Below, piece after piece: positions 36,968 through 45,682 of a DNA stretch of 64,000 nt. The DNA is from Candidatus Shapirobacteria bacterium. GTDB taxonomy: Bacteria; Patescibacteriota; Microgenomatia; UBA12405. Where the stretch lies: the NCBI GenBank assembly GCA_041665485.1, contig JBAYIT010000003.1, forward strand, positions 67,146-131,145, read 5' to 3'. The notes below the pieces were generated by a model. That model did no database searches, was not told where the DNA came from, and saw only the letters and a program-made list of their open reading frames with translations. The position numbers were made by a program, and so were the translations under genes. Positions within the stretch are counted from its first letter, which is position 1. Each line of letters starts with the position of its first letter.

Positions 36968-38416
36968 ATGACTAAAGTATCTCTCGCCAAGTTAGGTCAG
37001 GAAACTGGTGTCGGTTTTGGTAGTAGTGGGGTTAGAGCTAAAATCGAAGACCTAACCGACAGGCTGGTTTATGTTTATACTACCGCCTTTCTCTCTTATC
37101 TCAAACAAATCGATCAAATTAAGGAAAGTGTCGTCATTGCCGGAGACTTACGCAATAGCACGCCAAGAATAACCGTTGCCGCCGCCAAAGCCGTCACTGA
37201 TTTTGGCTGTCAAATTATTAATTGTGGTCTTATTCCCACTCCGGCAGTTTGTTTCTATGGCTTTCAACACAATATTCCTTCTATTATGGTTACTGGCAGT
37301 CACATTCCAGACGATCGTAACGGCCTTAAATATAATTGTCCTCAAGAAGAACTTCTAAAAAGCGGTGAGCAATACATCGCTAATTCCGAAGTTGAAATCG
37401 ACGATCATCTATTCGATTCGAATGGTCAATTTCGGGAAACTGAATTAAGTCTCCCGCCATCTCAAAATCCAGCTTTAGAAATTTATATCCAAAGATATCT
37501 TGATTTTTTCCCTAATTTGTTTCTTCGGGGGAAGACCATTGCTCTTTATGGTCATAGCGCTGTTGGTCGGGAAATATTGTTTGAAATTCTTTGCAAGCTA
37601 GGGGCCAAAGTTATTAGACTTGGTTTTTCCGATCAGTTTAAGGCTGTCGACACTGAAGCAATCGAAGAAGAGACAATTAATTTAGGTAAGCAATGGGCTC
37701 GGCAAAATAATTTTGATGCTATTGTTTCCACTGATGGTGATAGCGATCGTCCCTTGATTGGCGATGAGAATGGCAATTGGCTTCGTTCCGACATTCTCGG
37801 CATCCTTACTGCCAAGGACCTTGGCGCTGAAGCTGTTGTTGTTCCCGTCAGTTGCAACACGGGGGTTGATAAATCTGGCTGGTTTAAAAAAGTTGTAAAA
37901 ACTAAGATAGGTTCTCCTTATGTTGTTGAAGCCATGAAAAATCTCGTAAACCAAGGTTTTTCCAATGTCGTTGGCTACGAAGGTAATGGTGGTTTTTTTC
38001 TTGGTAATCAGGTTGGAAGTCTCAAACCTTTAGTTACTCGCGATGCCCTTATTCAAATTCTTTCTTGGTTAAAGATGTCCGTCATTTCCAATAAAAGCAT
38101 CTCCAAGTTGGCCGAAATCATTCCTAAAAGATACACCCAAAGCGGTAGTCTTAAAGGTTTCCCCACCCAAAAGAGTTTACAAATTGTCGAGGTTCAAACA
38201 AAGCAAACCCTGGCCATTCTGGAAGAAAACTTTGGTTCCATCAATTCCGTTGATCAAACCGACGGCTTAAGGGTCACTTTCGACGATGGTGACATTGTCC
38301 ATCTTAGACCATCAAAAAATTCACCAGAATTCAGGAACTACTGCGAATCAGACTCCCCAGACAAAGCCAAAGAATTGTCTCTTAAAGCCGGCAAACTTAT
38401 TGCCAGTTGGCTGTGA
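36968..38416 (+). CDS. Alpha-D-phosphohexomutase family enzyme (phosphomannomutase/phosphoglucomutase)
   Basis: The active-site Ser loop is TGSHIPDDRNGLK. The metal loop is DGDSDRP. There are four domains and 482 aa. Confidence 0.75.
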   Translation: MTKVSLAKLGQETGVGFGSSGVRAKIEDLTDRLVYVYTTAFLSYLKQIDQIKESVVIAGDLRNSTPRITVAAAKAVTDFGCQIINCGLIPTPAVCFYGFQHNIPSIMVTGSHIPDDRNGLKYNCPQEELLKSGEQYIANSEVEIDDHLFDSNGQFRETELSLPPSQNPALEIYIQRYLDFFPNLFLRGKTIALYGHSAVGREILFEILCKLGAKVIRLGFSDQFKAVDTEAIEEETINLGKQWARQNNFDAIVSTDGDSDRPLIGDENGNWLRSDILGILTAKDLGAEAVVVPVSCNTGVDKSGWFKKVVKTKIGSPYVVEAMKNLVNQGFSNVVGYEGNGGFFLGNQVGSLKPLVTRDALIQILSWLKMSVISNKSISKLAEIIPKRYTQSGSLKGFPTQKSLQIVEVQTKQTLAILEENFGSINSVDQTDGLRVTFDDGDIVHLRPSKNSPEFRNYCESDSPDKAKELSLKAGKLIASWL

Positions 38417-38544
38417 GCCCACTGTCCCGATTTTGGAACCCTTAATAAGCAGTATTCTACAACTTTATGAAAAGTTAAAACAGTTGGGTTTTACCTATTA
38501 CCAAGGTAAAATTGTAGTTATTGATTTCGAAATAGATAACCAAC

Positions 38545-39021
38545 ATGTTTAAACTGTTTAATCGTCAAAATAGTCAAGATCTCTTACGCTCAAGTCTTTA
38601 CGATGAAAGAACTTTTTATCGTCAATTCATACGGGACTTAGAAAACAGTAAAAAAGAGGTGGTTATCGAAAGTCCGTTCATCACTTCGAGCCGAATGAGC
38701 CATCTTACCCCCATCTTCACCAACTTAGTAAGAAGGGGAGTAAAAGTCTACGTTTTAACTCGAAATCCCAAAGAACATACCGCCATCTATGAGCAACAAT
38801 CAGAAACCGAAATACGTAAGTTTGAAATATTAGGTGTCCAAGTTCTCATCTGTACGGGAAATCATCACCGCAAGCTTGCCATAATCGACCAGGGCATACT
38901 TTGGGAGGGAAGTCTTAATATTTTGTCTCAAACAAAAAGCCGTGAGATTATGAGGCGTATGGAGAGCAAGACGCTTGCCATAGAAATGTTTAATTTTTTA
39001 AAGTTAAAAAAGTTCCTATAA
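38545..39021 (+). CDS. PLD-family (single HKD) Nuc-like nuclease
   Basis: The HKD motif is NHHRKLAIIDQGILWEGSLN (H.K....D......GS.N). Confidence 0.65.
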   Translation: MFKLFNRQNSQDLLRSSLYDERTFYRQFIRDLENSKKEVVIESPFITSSRMSHLTPIFTNLVRRGVKVYVLTRNPKEHTAIYEQQSETEIRKFEILGVQVLICTGNHHRKLAIIDQGILWEGSLNILSQTKSREIMRRMESKTLAIEMFNFLKLKKFL

Positions 39022-39052
39022 TCTACAATCCGGGTTATAATACTTCAAAACC

Positions 39053-39265
39053 ATGGCTAAAAAACTTGACCAAATCGAAAAAGATATTGCAAAAGTCATT
39101 AACTTTCTCAAAAAAACTGATCCGACCAAAGCCACCCGAAAACATGCGTTAGAAATGCTCGGTAACATGCAAACATTGGCCCATCTTATTGCCCACAAAG
39201 TTGTTGATGATGAAAGAAATGGCAAAATCAAAAAAGTTAAGAAAATCCCCTCAAGACTAAACTAA
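39053..39265 (+). CDS. Small hypothetical protein (70 aa)
   Basis: It is an ORF only. Confidence 0.25.
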   Translation: MAKKLDQIEKDIAKVINFLKKTDPTKATRKHALEMLGNMQTLAHLIAHKVVDDERNGKIKKVKKIPSRLN

Positions 39266-39468
39266 AACGACAAAATATCCGATGACCTGACTTTTAGTGC
39301 CTTTAAAATCTTTTCAAAGTTTTCAATAGAGACGTTTTCTTCATCACGCTCAAGCCGAGCATAAAAATTAGGATGTATCCCGGCGGCTTTAGCCACTTCC
39401 GCTTGTGTCATATCTTTTTCTTCCCGAACCTCTCTAAGTCTTTTACCAATTTTATTTTGGACGTTCAT
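39262..39468 (-). CDS. XRE-family HTH transcriptional regulator
   Basis: A Cro/C1-type HTH is present (LREVREEKDMTQAEVAKAAGIHPNFYARLER). Confidence 0.75.
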   Translation of the reverse strand: MNVQNKIGKRLREVREEKDMTQAEVAKAAGIHPNFYARLERDEENVSIENFEKILKALKVRSSDILSF

Positions 39469-39499
39469 AGTTTGATTATAACTCCTTTATACCTGCGAT

Positions 39500-40138
39500 T
39501 TAATTAACCACATTAATTTTTGTAGGTATTGTCCTAAGCTTCTTTACGTTTGGAACCATTATATTATCCCGATGAAACAACAAAATCTTATCTGAACTCA
39601 TAATTAGTACTTTCGACCCATTTTTTGGTTTAGTCATCTGTTTAGTATTCTGTTCATTTCCAAACTCATTTAATAACGCCTCCATCTTTTGCGTTTGGTT
39701 TGGAAATATTAAGTAAGTTGAAAGCTCTTTTAGAAAAACCCACTTAATGTTTCTGATTTCTTCTTCCTGAGGCTTTAAGTCCATTTCTTCACCTAAAAAT
39801 TTCACCAAAAACTGGACTCTTTCTTGGCCACGGTAAACTGATTTATTTTCAGCTATCTTTTTGTTTATTACCTCATCGGGCCATTCATACCGATCCACCT
39901 GCTCACTAACCTTAATTACCTCAAATTTATCACTACCCAATTCTTCATTCAATTCTCTGATTATTGCGTTTCTTGGTGTCTCACCCTCAATAATCCCTCC
40001 GCCAGGTATATCCCATTCATTATCTTTATAGCTACTTTTTTGGACAATCAGAATCCGGCCCGATTTATCCAATATTACAGCACTGGTACTCTGTCTGTAA
40101 GTTAAATTATCACGATAAATTTTCTGAGCATTATCCAT
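39500..40138 (-). CDS. NUDIX hydrolase (with C-terminal extension)
   Basis: The Nudix box GGGIIEGETPRNAIIRELNEELG is present. Confidence 0.7.
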   Translation of the reverse strand: MDNAQKIYRDNLTYRQSTSAVILDKSGRILIVQKSSYKDNEWDIPGGGIIEGETPRNAIIRELNEELGSDKFEVIKVSEQVDRYEWPDEVINKKIAENKSVYRGQERVQFLVKFLGEEMDLKPQEEEIRNIKWVFLKELSTYLIFPNQTQKMEALLNEFGNEQNTKQMTKPKNGSKVLIMSSDKILLFHRDNIMVPNVKKLRTIPTKINVVN

Positions 40139-40191
40139 AAGTTAATTATATAAGTAATGTTTAATCCAACAATTTTCTCCCGCTCTTACTT

Positions 40192-40668
40192 TCATTTTGA
40201 ACTCAAACTATTATCAAATGTTTGTATCCACCCATTCCACTTTTCATTATTCATTTCCGTTTCTTCAAAATTATTGTTGGTGAACTCGGCAATAAACTTT
40301 AACCAGAAGGTGTGAGCCTTTGGATTTTCCCTTATTTGTCTATTTTCCCATTTGCCCGGTGATTGGGTAAATACTAACCTAGCTGCTTCTGACCCAATTC
40401 CGTTTTTTCTAAATTCTTTTTTAACATAAAACTCGGAAATTGTTTTTCCCTCTGTCAATACCAACAAGTATGAATTTATTAGGGCAAATCCGGCTATTTT
40501 TCCGTCGACCTTTATGAAATATGGATACCTGTTCGGTTTCTCCCAATATGAATCTAAATATTTATATTCTTCTGCTTTTTCACCTACCATTTCTTTCTCA
40601 TAATCCCAAAGCATGTCACTCAAAATTTTTTTATCGGCAATATCAATTAAAACTATTTCAATTTTCAT
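40192..40668 (-). CDS. GNAT-family N-acetyltransferase
   Basis: Motif A is VKKEFRKNGIGSEAARLV. The fold length is about 158 aa. Confidence 0.6.
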   Translation of the reverse strand: MKIEIVLIDIADKKILSDMLWDYEKEMVGEKAEEYKYLDSYWEKPNRYPYFIKVDGKIAGFALINSYLLVLTEGKTISEFYVKKEFRKNGIGSEAARLVFTQSPGKWENRQIRENPKAHTFWLKFIAEFTNNNFEETEMNNEKWNGWIQTFDNSLSSK

Positions 40669-41641
40669 GGTTGATTATAACCCAGTATATAATTACCCAT
40701 ATATGCACATCATTTATCTTTCCGGTGGTAGCCTTCGCAACAAAACTTGGATTGAAACTATCAAATCAAATTTTGACACCTTTTCTGATGGTCAAATTCT
40801 TTATTACGACCATTGGCAAACCGGAGAGAAAAATCTAAATTTTGAAATTGAATCTCAGAAATTAGCTGAATTGGTTAAAGATAAGGATGAATATTTTGTT
40901 TTCGCTAAATCCATTGGTTCAATTCTGGCTCTAAAAAGTATTTATGAAAAAACAATCAATCCAAAAAGAATGATAATTTGCGGTCATCCCTATAATCTGA
41001 CCAAAGAGTTAGGCTTTCCAGTAAATGATTACCTAAAATATCTGGCTGTTCCCACCATGTTTATCCAAAACGAGTTTGATCTCCTATTTAACTATGTCGA
41101 TTTGGAAAAAGTTTTAAAAGAAAACAGTCCGGTGGACTATCAGCTAATCAAAAACCCGGATAATAATACTCATGATTACGAGGATTTTGAACAATTGGCT
41201 GAATTATCTAAAATATATTTTGGAGATGAAGACAAACAAGTCCATCTTGGAAAGATTTATACCACTTTGGACATTGTTGCCAAAAAACTTAACTCTCTAG
41301 ACATCAAATGGTTTTTGGGTGCTAGTGGCGCTTTAATGGTTCATGGCGTAAATATTGTTCCATGGGACATTGATGTTTTAACCACTTCTGAAAATATTGA
41401 TATTATTGCCAAAGAATTCGAAAAGTTTTTAGTTAGTACCGACGATGATGGATTATTTTTAAAGATTAATGGAATAGAAGTTGAGATAATAAAATTAAAT
41501 GATCTTGGTGATCCCACTCCAACATTATTTCAAAATAATTTAATCCCTGTAAATACGCTCAAAAACGAATTGTATTATTACGAACAACGCCCCGGAAAAG
41601 AAAACACTATTAGATTAATAAAAGAAAAGTTAGGTATTTAA
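40667..41641 (+). CDS. Fusion protein: alpha/beta-hydrolase-like N-domain + ANT(2'')-like minimal nucleotidyltransferase C-domain
   Basis: The C-terminus carries GASGALMVHGVNIVPWDIDV (the Pol-beta NTase motif hG[GS]x10DhD), then EVEII. The N-terminus has GHPY and a serine-hydrolase-like AKSIGS. The start is uncertain; Met at 40667 or 40700 is plausible. Confidence 0.45.
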   Translation: MVDYNPVYNYPYMHIIYLSGGSLRNKTWIETIKSNFDTFSDGQILYYDHWQTGEKNLNFEIESQKLAELVKDKDEYFVFAKSIGSILALKSIYEKTINPKRMIICGHPYNLTKELGFPVNDYLKYLAVPTMFIQNEFDLLFNYVDLEKVLKENSPVDYQLIKNPDNNTHDYEDFEQLAELSKIYFGDEDKQVHLGKIYTTLDIVAKKLNSLDIKWFLGASGALMVHGVNIVPWDIDVLTTSENIDIIAKEFEKFLVSTDDDGLFLKINGIEVEIIKLNDLGDPTPTLFQNNLIPVNTLKNELYYYEQRPGKENTIRLIKEKLGI

Positions 41642-41650
41642 GAATATTCA

Positions 41651-42157
41651 TTGTTTATGAATCTAACTCCTAAAATTAGAAAAGCATTGCGAGTGGCTGC
41701 AACCCAACATGATGGTCAGTACCGCAAAGACGGTGTCACCCCATTTATCATTCACCCGTTCGAAGTCGCTATGATTGTCTCGGAATATACCAACGATGAG
41801 GATATTATTAGTTCTGCCTTACTTCATGATGTATTGGAGGATACTCAAGGTTATTCTTACGAAAGACTAATAGAGGACTTTGGCAATAAAGTGGCCGATA
41901 TCGTTCAATCATTAACTGACAAACCATTACCTGATTTAACTTGGAATGATAAGCATATTAAATACTTGGAAAACTTAAAACATAGTAGTGATGAATCTGT
42001 CTTAATTTGTTTGGCAGATAAATATTCTAATGTATCCACGGGACCGGTGGATCAAAATAGGGTTTGGTATTACCAAGGAGTGATTAATGTGGCCAAAGAG
42101 AGAAAACTGACCAAAGATACTAAATTATTAGAAGATTTTGAAGATTTAATTAAATGA
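41651..42157 (+). CDS. HD-domain phosphohydrolase, RelA/SpoT-hydrolase-like (small alarmone hydrolase/Mesh1-like)
   Basis: The HD core reads RKDGVTPFIIHPFEVAMIV...HDVLEDT, as in the (p)ppGpp hydrolase domain. Confidence 0.65.
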   Translation: MFMNLTPKIRKALRVAATQHDGQYRKDGVTPFIIHPFEVAMIVSEYTNDEDIISSALLHDVLEDTQGYSYERLIEDFGNKVADIVQSLTDKPLPDLTWNDKHIKYLENLKHSSDESVLICLADKYSNVSTGPVDQNRVWYYQGVINVAKERKLTKDTKLLEDFEDLIK

Positions 42158-42729
42158 ACCAGGGTATAAATTTAGATATAGCTAAGAAAACAGTTGCGTG
42201 GGGCACTAAATCAGACATGCCCCGACTAATTATTTTGATGGGTCTTCCTGGCTCGGGAAAATCGTATGTTTCTTCTTATCTCCATGACAAACACGGTTTT
42301 ACGATTTTATCCGGAGAAAACATCACCTTTGCACTTTTTGGTAAGGTTGACTGCACGGGTAGCGAATATTCTCTAGCTTACGACATTTTACGTCAATTGG
42401 CTATTAAGTTAATTTCCCAAGGTTATTCGGTTGTTATTGATGGTACCAATTTAAAATATATTTTTCGTCAACAAATTTATGATGATGTAAATTGTCCCAA
42501 CACCACTCTTTTATTTCTCAAAGTTGACGATAAAACCGCTTTAAACAGAATCTCACAAAGGGGAATTGATTATCAGAACGAAAAAGATATTAGAAGCTCA
42601 ATTTCGACAGAAGTATTCAAAAAATTTAAAAGCCAAACAGAAGAACCTCTACCCAGAGAAAATTCCATCACTCTAATTTCTGACGATAACTTGTTTCCCC
42701 AAATTGACGCAGTTTTTAGAGTAAAATAG
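42154..42729 (+). CDS. P-loop kinase, AAA_33/polynucleotide-kinase-like
   Basis: Walker A is IILMGLPGSGKSY. The downstream VVIDGTN motif resembles Pnkp/zeta-toxin-type kinases. It is translationally coupled to the HD gene. Confidence 0.6.
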   Translation: MNQGINLDIAKKTVAWGTKSDMPRLIILMGLPGSGKSYVSSYLHDKHGFTILSGENITFALFGKVDCTGSEYSLAYDILRQLAIKLISQGYSVVIDGTNLKYIFRQQIYDDVNCPNTTLLFLKVDDKTALNRISQRGIDYQNEKDIRSSISTEVFKKFKSQTEEPLPRENSITLISDDNLFPQIDAVFRVK

Positions 42730-42733
42730 AGTC

Positions 42734-43189
42734 ATGTCTAATCAGGTTGATATTTCTAAATTACATTCGGTGATAGTTAATGCTGTTGTCGAAAAAGACG
42801 GCAAGATTTTAGTATCACAGCGAAGCTTCGAAGAAGCTCATGAACCAGGAAAATGGACTATCCCGGGTGGCAAGATTGACAAGACTGAAGGTAATATTTT
42901 CAATATTATCGAAAAAACTTGTGCCAGAGAAATCGAAGAAGAAACAGGGATTAAGATTAAAGAAAATATTCAATTAATGACCAACAATACATTTATTAGG
43001 TCAAATGGCCAACACGTCATTGCCTTAATTTGTCTTTGTCACTGGGAATCAGGTGAGGCTCAGGCTTTAGAAGACACCATCGGCATAAAATGGATATCTA
43101 AAGATGAAATCGACAAGTTCGATTTTGCCCCAAACGTCAAAGGATATATTGAGATGGGATTTGAAAAATTAAACAAAATGAAGGTTTAA
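42734..43189 (+). CDS. NUDIX hydrolase
   Basis: The Nudix box PGGKIDKTEGNIFNIIEKTCAREIEEETGI is present. Confidence 0.75.
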   Translation: MSNQVDISKLHSVIVNAVVEKDGKILVSQRSFEEAHEPGKWTIPGGKIDKTEGNIFNIIEKTCAREIEEETGIKIKENIQLMTNNTFIRSNGQHVIALICLCHWESGEAQALEDTIGIKWISKDEIDKFDFAPNVKGYIEMGFEKLNKMKV

Positions 43190-43435
43190 AAAATACGACT
43201 AAAGGGATTCGGACTGCCGTAATTGACGTAGGGACTCTTAAAAGTAAGTTTGAAGTAAGGGAGTTTGACGAATTCCTGAATTTTTATTGTTTTTGGCGCC
43301 GGCATCATTTTTGAAGTTTAAGGTGGTCATTTATTACTAGTAGTGTCAAGGTTGTCATGGCGCCAAGACAATTGAATATCTGACTTCAAAAAATAGAACC
43401 ACACTTAGAATGAACCGTTCGTCAGGGTTGTAATT

Positions 43436-43449
43436 TCCCGATATCGGGA
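43436..43449. promoter_or_regulatory. Perfect 14-bp palindrome TCCCGATATCGGGA immediately upstream of the HTH gene (candidate operator)
   Basis: The palindrome was read from the sequence. Its half-site CCGATA also forms the palindrome at 20805..20822. Confidence 0.3.
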
Positions 43450-43454
43450 TATAA

Positions 43455-44387
43455 TTGGTCATGTCTGTACTACTAAAAATACCAGGTTACCTTACTCTAT
43501 CTGAAGCTGAAGAACGCTACAAAGTGAAAGCTGACACTTTGAAGAAAAAATGTCAAAACGGAAAAATTAAAGGAGCCGTAAAACAGGGGAAAACTTGGTT
43601 TGTTCCTAGTATCCCCAATATTGATCCAAATTTACCAATTGTAGATAACTACCCTGGATTAAATTTTGATTCCGCCTATAAATCAAATATTCTTTTATAC
43701 GAAGCTGAAGATGAAGCTCAAAATTATTTCCAATCAAAATTTAATAGTTATATTTACATTTGGGAGTATGGGTATTATTTTGTCACCTTGGCTTTTAATC
43801 ACTCTTCCTTGGAAAGGTCTTATCTTCCACTGGCTTCCTTTATAACAGAAGCCCATGGCGCATTACGAGAATCCTTCTTGTTGAATCTTAAGGGTTATGC
43901 TCCTGGTTCTTTTGCATTACTTAGGAAGACCCACGAGAATACGCTAAAAGCCCTGGCTGGTAAAATAAAACCAGCTGTGATTTGGACTATAGCCCCCGAA
44001 GGTAACATTCAAAAGGCAGAGAGTGTTATTGGTATTCAGCTTAAAAGTGTGTGGATATTGGGATCAAGCTTTGCACATTCGAATTTACTGAAACTTTTTA
44101 AAGCAAAACAAGATATGGACAATAACGTTTCCGAGCTAGGAGTGACATATGGTCCACAAATTGACGAGAAACAGTTTAGGGCGGCGTCTAATTGTTCAAT
44201 TTTCTGGCTTTACGTTTTAATCAAATTCTTGCCACTAATATTTCCCGGTCAATTAAGTGACTATTGGATGTCAAAACAAGACGAGTCAGCAAAGATGATG
44301 AAAGATTATATTGTTTCGACTGGTGGTTTAAAAAGAGAAATCGAATCTATTGATAGGGCGGTAACTAACTTGAAAAAACAAAAGTAA
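43455..44387 (+). CDS. Protein with N-terminal AlpA/Xis-like (HTH_17) DNA-binding domain; C-terminal domain unknown
   Basis: The N-terminus, LTLSEAEERYKVKADTLKKKCQNGKIKGAVKQGKTWFVP, fits the excisionase/AlpA HTH pattern. Confidence 0.45.
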   Translation: MVMSVLLKIPGYLTLSEAEERYKVKADTLKKKCQNGKIKGAVKQGKTWFVPSIPNIDPNLPIVDNYPGLNFDSAYKSNILLYEAEDEAQNYFQSKFNSYIYIWEYGYYFVTLAFNHSSLERSYLPLASFITEAHGALRESFLLNLKGYAPGSFALLRKTHENTLKALAGKIKPAVIWTIAPEGNIQKAESVIGIQLKSVWILGSSFAHSNLLKLFKAKQDMDNNVSELGVTYGPQIDEKQFRAASNCSIFWLYVLIKFLPLIFPGQLSDYWMSKQDESAKMMKDYIVSTGGLKREIESIDRAVTNLKKQK

Positions 44388-44413
44388 TTCCCTCGATGTC
44401 GAAAGATTGATGC

Positions 44414-45682
44414 TTATTGATCTATCTTTATAGTATCTTCTTCCCCTTCAGGTAATTCCAGCATATCAATTTTTGGTAAGGCGGTACCAATCAATCCCTG
44501 AAGATCACCATAAATACCGGCGGTGTTGAGATAAACCTTTTGCATATTTTTTTCTTCTTTTTCCCACTTTTTGGTGAAATAGGCTTTTTCGATATTAAGT
44601 TCTTTTTGTCGACTAGTAAAATATTCCAACCAAACTTCAATTCTTTGTTTGAAGTCGTTACTAGTCAAATAGTTGTAAACAATCTCGGACTTTTTACCCC
44701 TGTCTTCACCTGACGTTCTGGCATTGCTTAGGTCAATCAATTGACTACGGAGGATAGTTGTTAGTGCGATAACTGAATTAAAGTTGACCACCATGACACC
44801 ATCGCGAAGGCCGAATGTTTTTATATCTTCAGGCATAACAATAGAAACGATAACCGCCAAATCAGCTTTTTCCCTTCTTTTGTCATCTTTTAGTTTTGGT
44901 ATCCAAGTATCAGTCCAATTTTTGGTTCTTTTTGATTCCCACACAATCGTCCCACAAACTTTGCCATAGTTATTTTTAACTCTTTGGATAACGTCGGCGC
45001 CATTATCACCCTTGGGAACTGGAAGAATATCATCATAAATAAATGCTTGACGCAATAATTCCTCAAGTTCCACTTCAAGTATTTCACCCTGTGATTGTTG
45101 TGAACCTTGTTGAAGTTTTCTGGTTAAACCGTCAATCGCCTTTTCGGCATCTGATAATTTTTTGTCTTTTTCCGCTATTTGTAACTTGTACTTGTCACCC
45201 AATTGACCCGTAACTTCTTGAGATACTTTTTGGGTAATCTCCTGTTCTTTTTTCATCATATCCAACTCAAAGGCTTTCTTTTCGTCCTCAAAACTCTGTT
45301 TTTCTTTCATCAGTTCAACCTGATCTTTTCGCAACTCCTCCAATTTAGTATCTTTTTGCTTTAACACTTCTTTTAAACCATCGACTTCGGCAGATGTTTC
45401 CTTGACCGCTTCTTCTTTAGCTCTCTTTTCGATTTCAACTTTTTCTGTTTTTAGTTTTTCTTCGACTTGACGATTGACGACGCCAATCAAATCAAGTTTG
45501 GCTGCTTCAATCTTTTGAGCTTTTTCTGTCAGCGCCTTTTCTTTTTCGCTGATTTCCAAATCCTTCTGTTTTTGCTTGGCTTCGTATTCTAGGCGATATT
45601 TTTCTTCTAGTTGATGGCTCAACGCTTCATCCGGTAAAAATTCAAAACTACATTGTGGACATTTTATTTTTTGATTTGTCAT
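44414..45682 (-). CDS. DUF2130-like protein: N-terminal zinc ribbon (CPQC), long coiled coil, C-terminal PD-(D/E)xK-like domain
   Basis: The N-terminus has KCPQCSFEF. A coiled coil rich in E/K/Q spans roughly residues 30-200. The C-terminus, ...PKGDNGADVIQRV...GTIVWESKRTKNW, carries D...E.K. Confidence 0.5.
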   Translation of the reverse strand: MTNQKIKCPQCSFEFLPDEALSHQLEEKYRLEYEAKQKQKDLEISEKEKALTEKAQKIEAAKLDLIGVVNRQVEEKLKTEKVEIEKRAKEEAVKETSAEVDGLKEVLKQKDTKLEELRKDQVELMKEKQSFEDEKKAFELDMMKKEQEITQKVSQEVTGQLGDKYKLQIAEKDKKLSDAEKAIDGLTRKLQQGSQQSQGEILEVELEELLRQAFIYDDILPVPKGDNGADVIQRVKNNYGKVCGTIVWESKRTKNWTDTWIPKLKDDKRREKADLAVIVSIVMPEDIKTFGLRDGVMVVNFNSVIALTTILRSQLIDLSNARTSGEDRGKKSEIVYNYLTSNDFKQRIEVWLEYFTSRQKELNIEKAYFTKKWEKEEKNMQKVYLNTAGIYGDLQGLIGTALPKIDMLELPEGEEDTIKIDQ

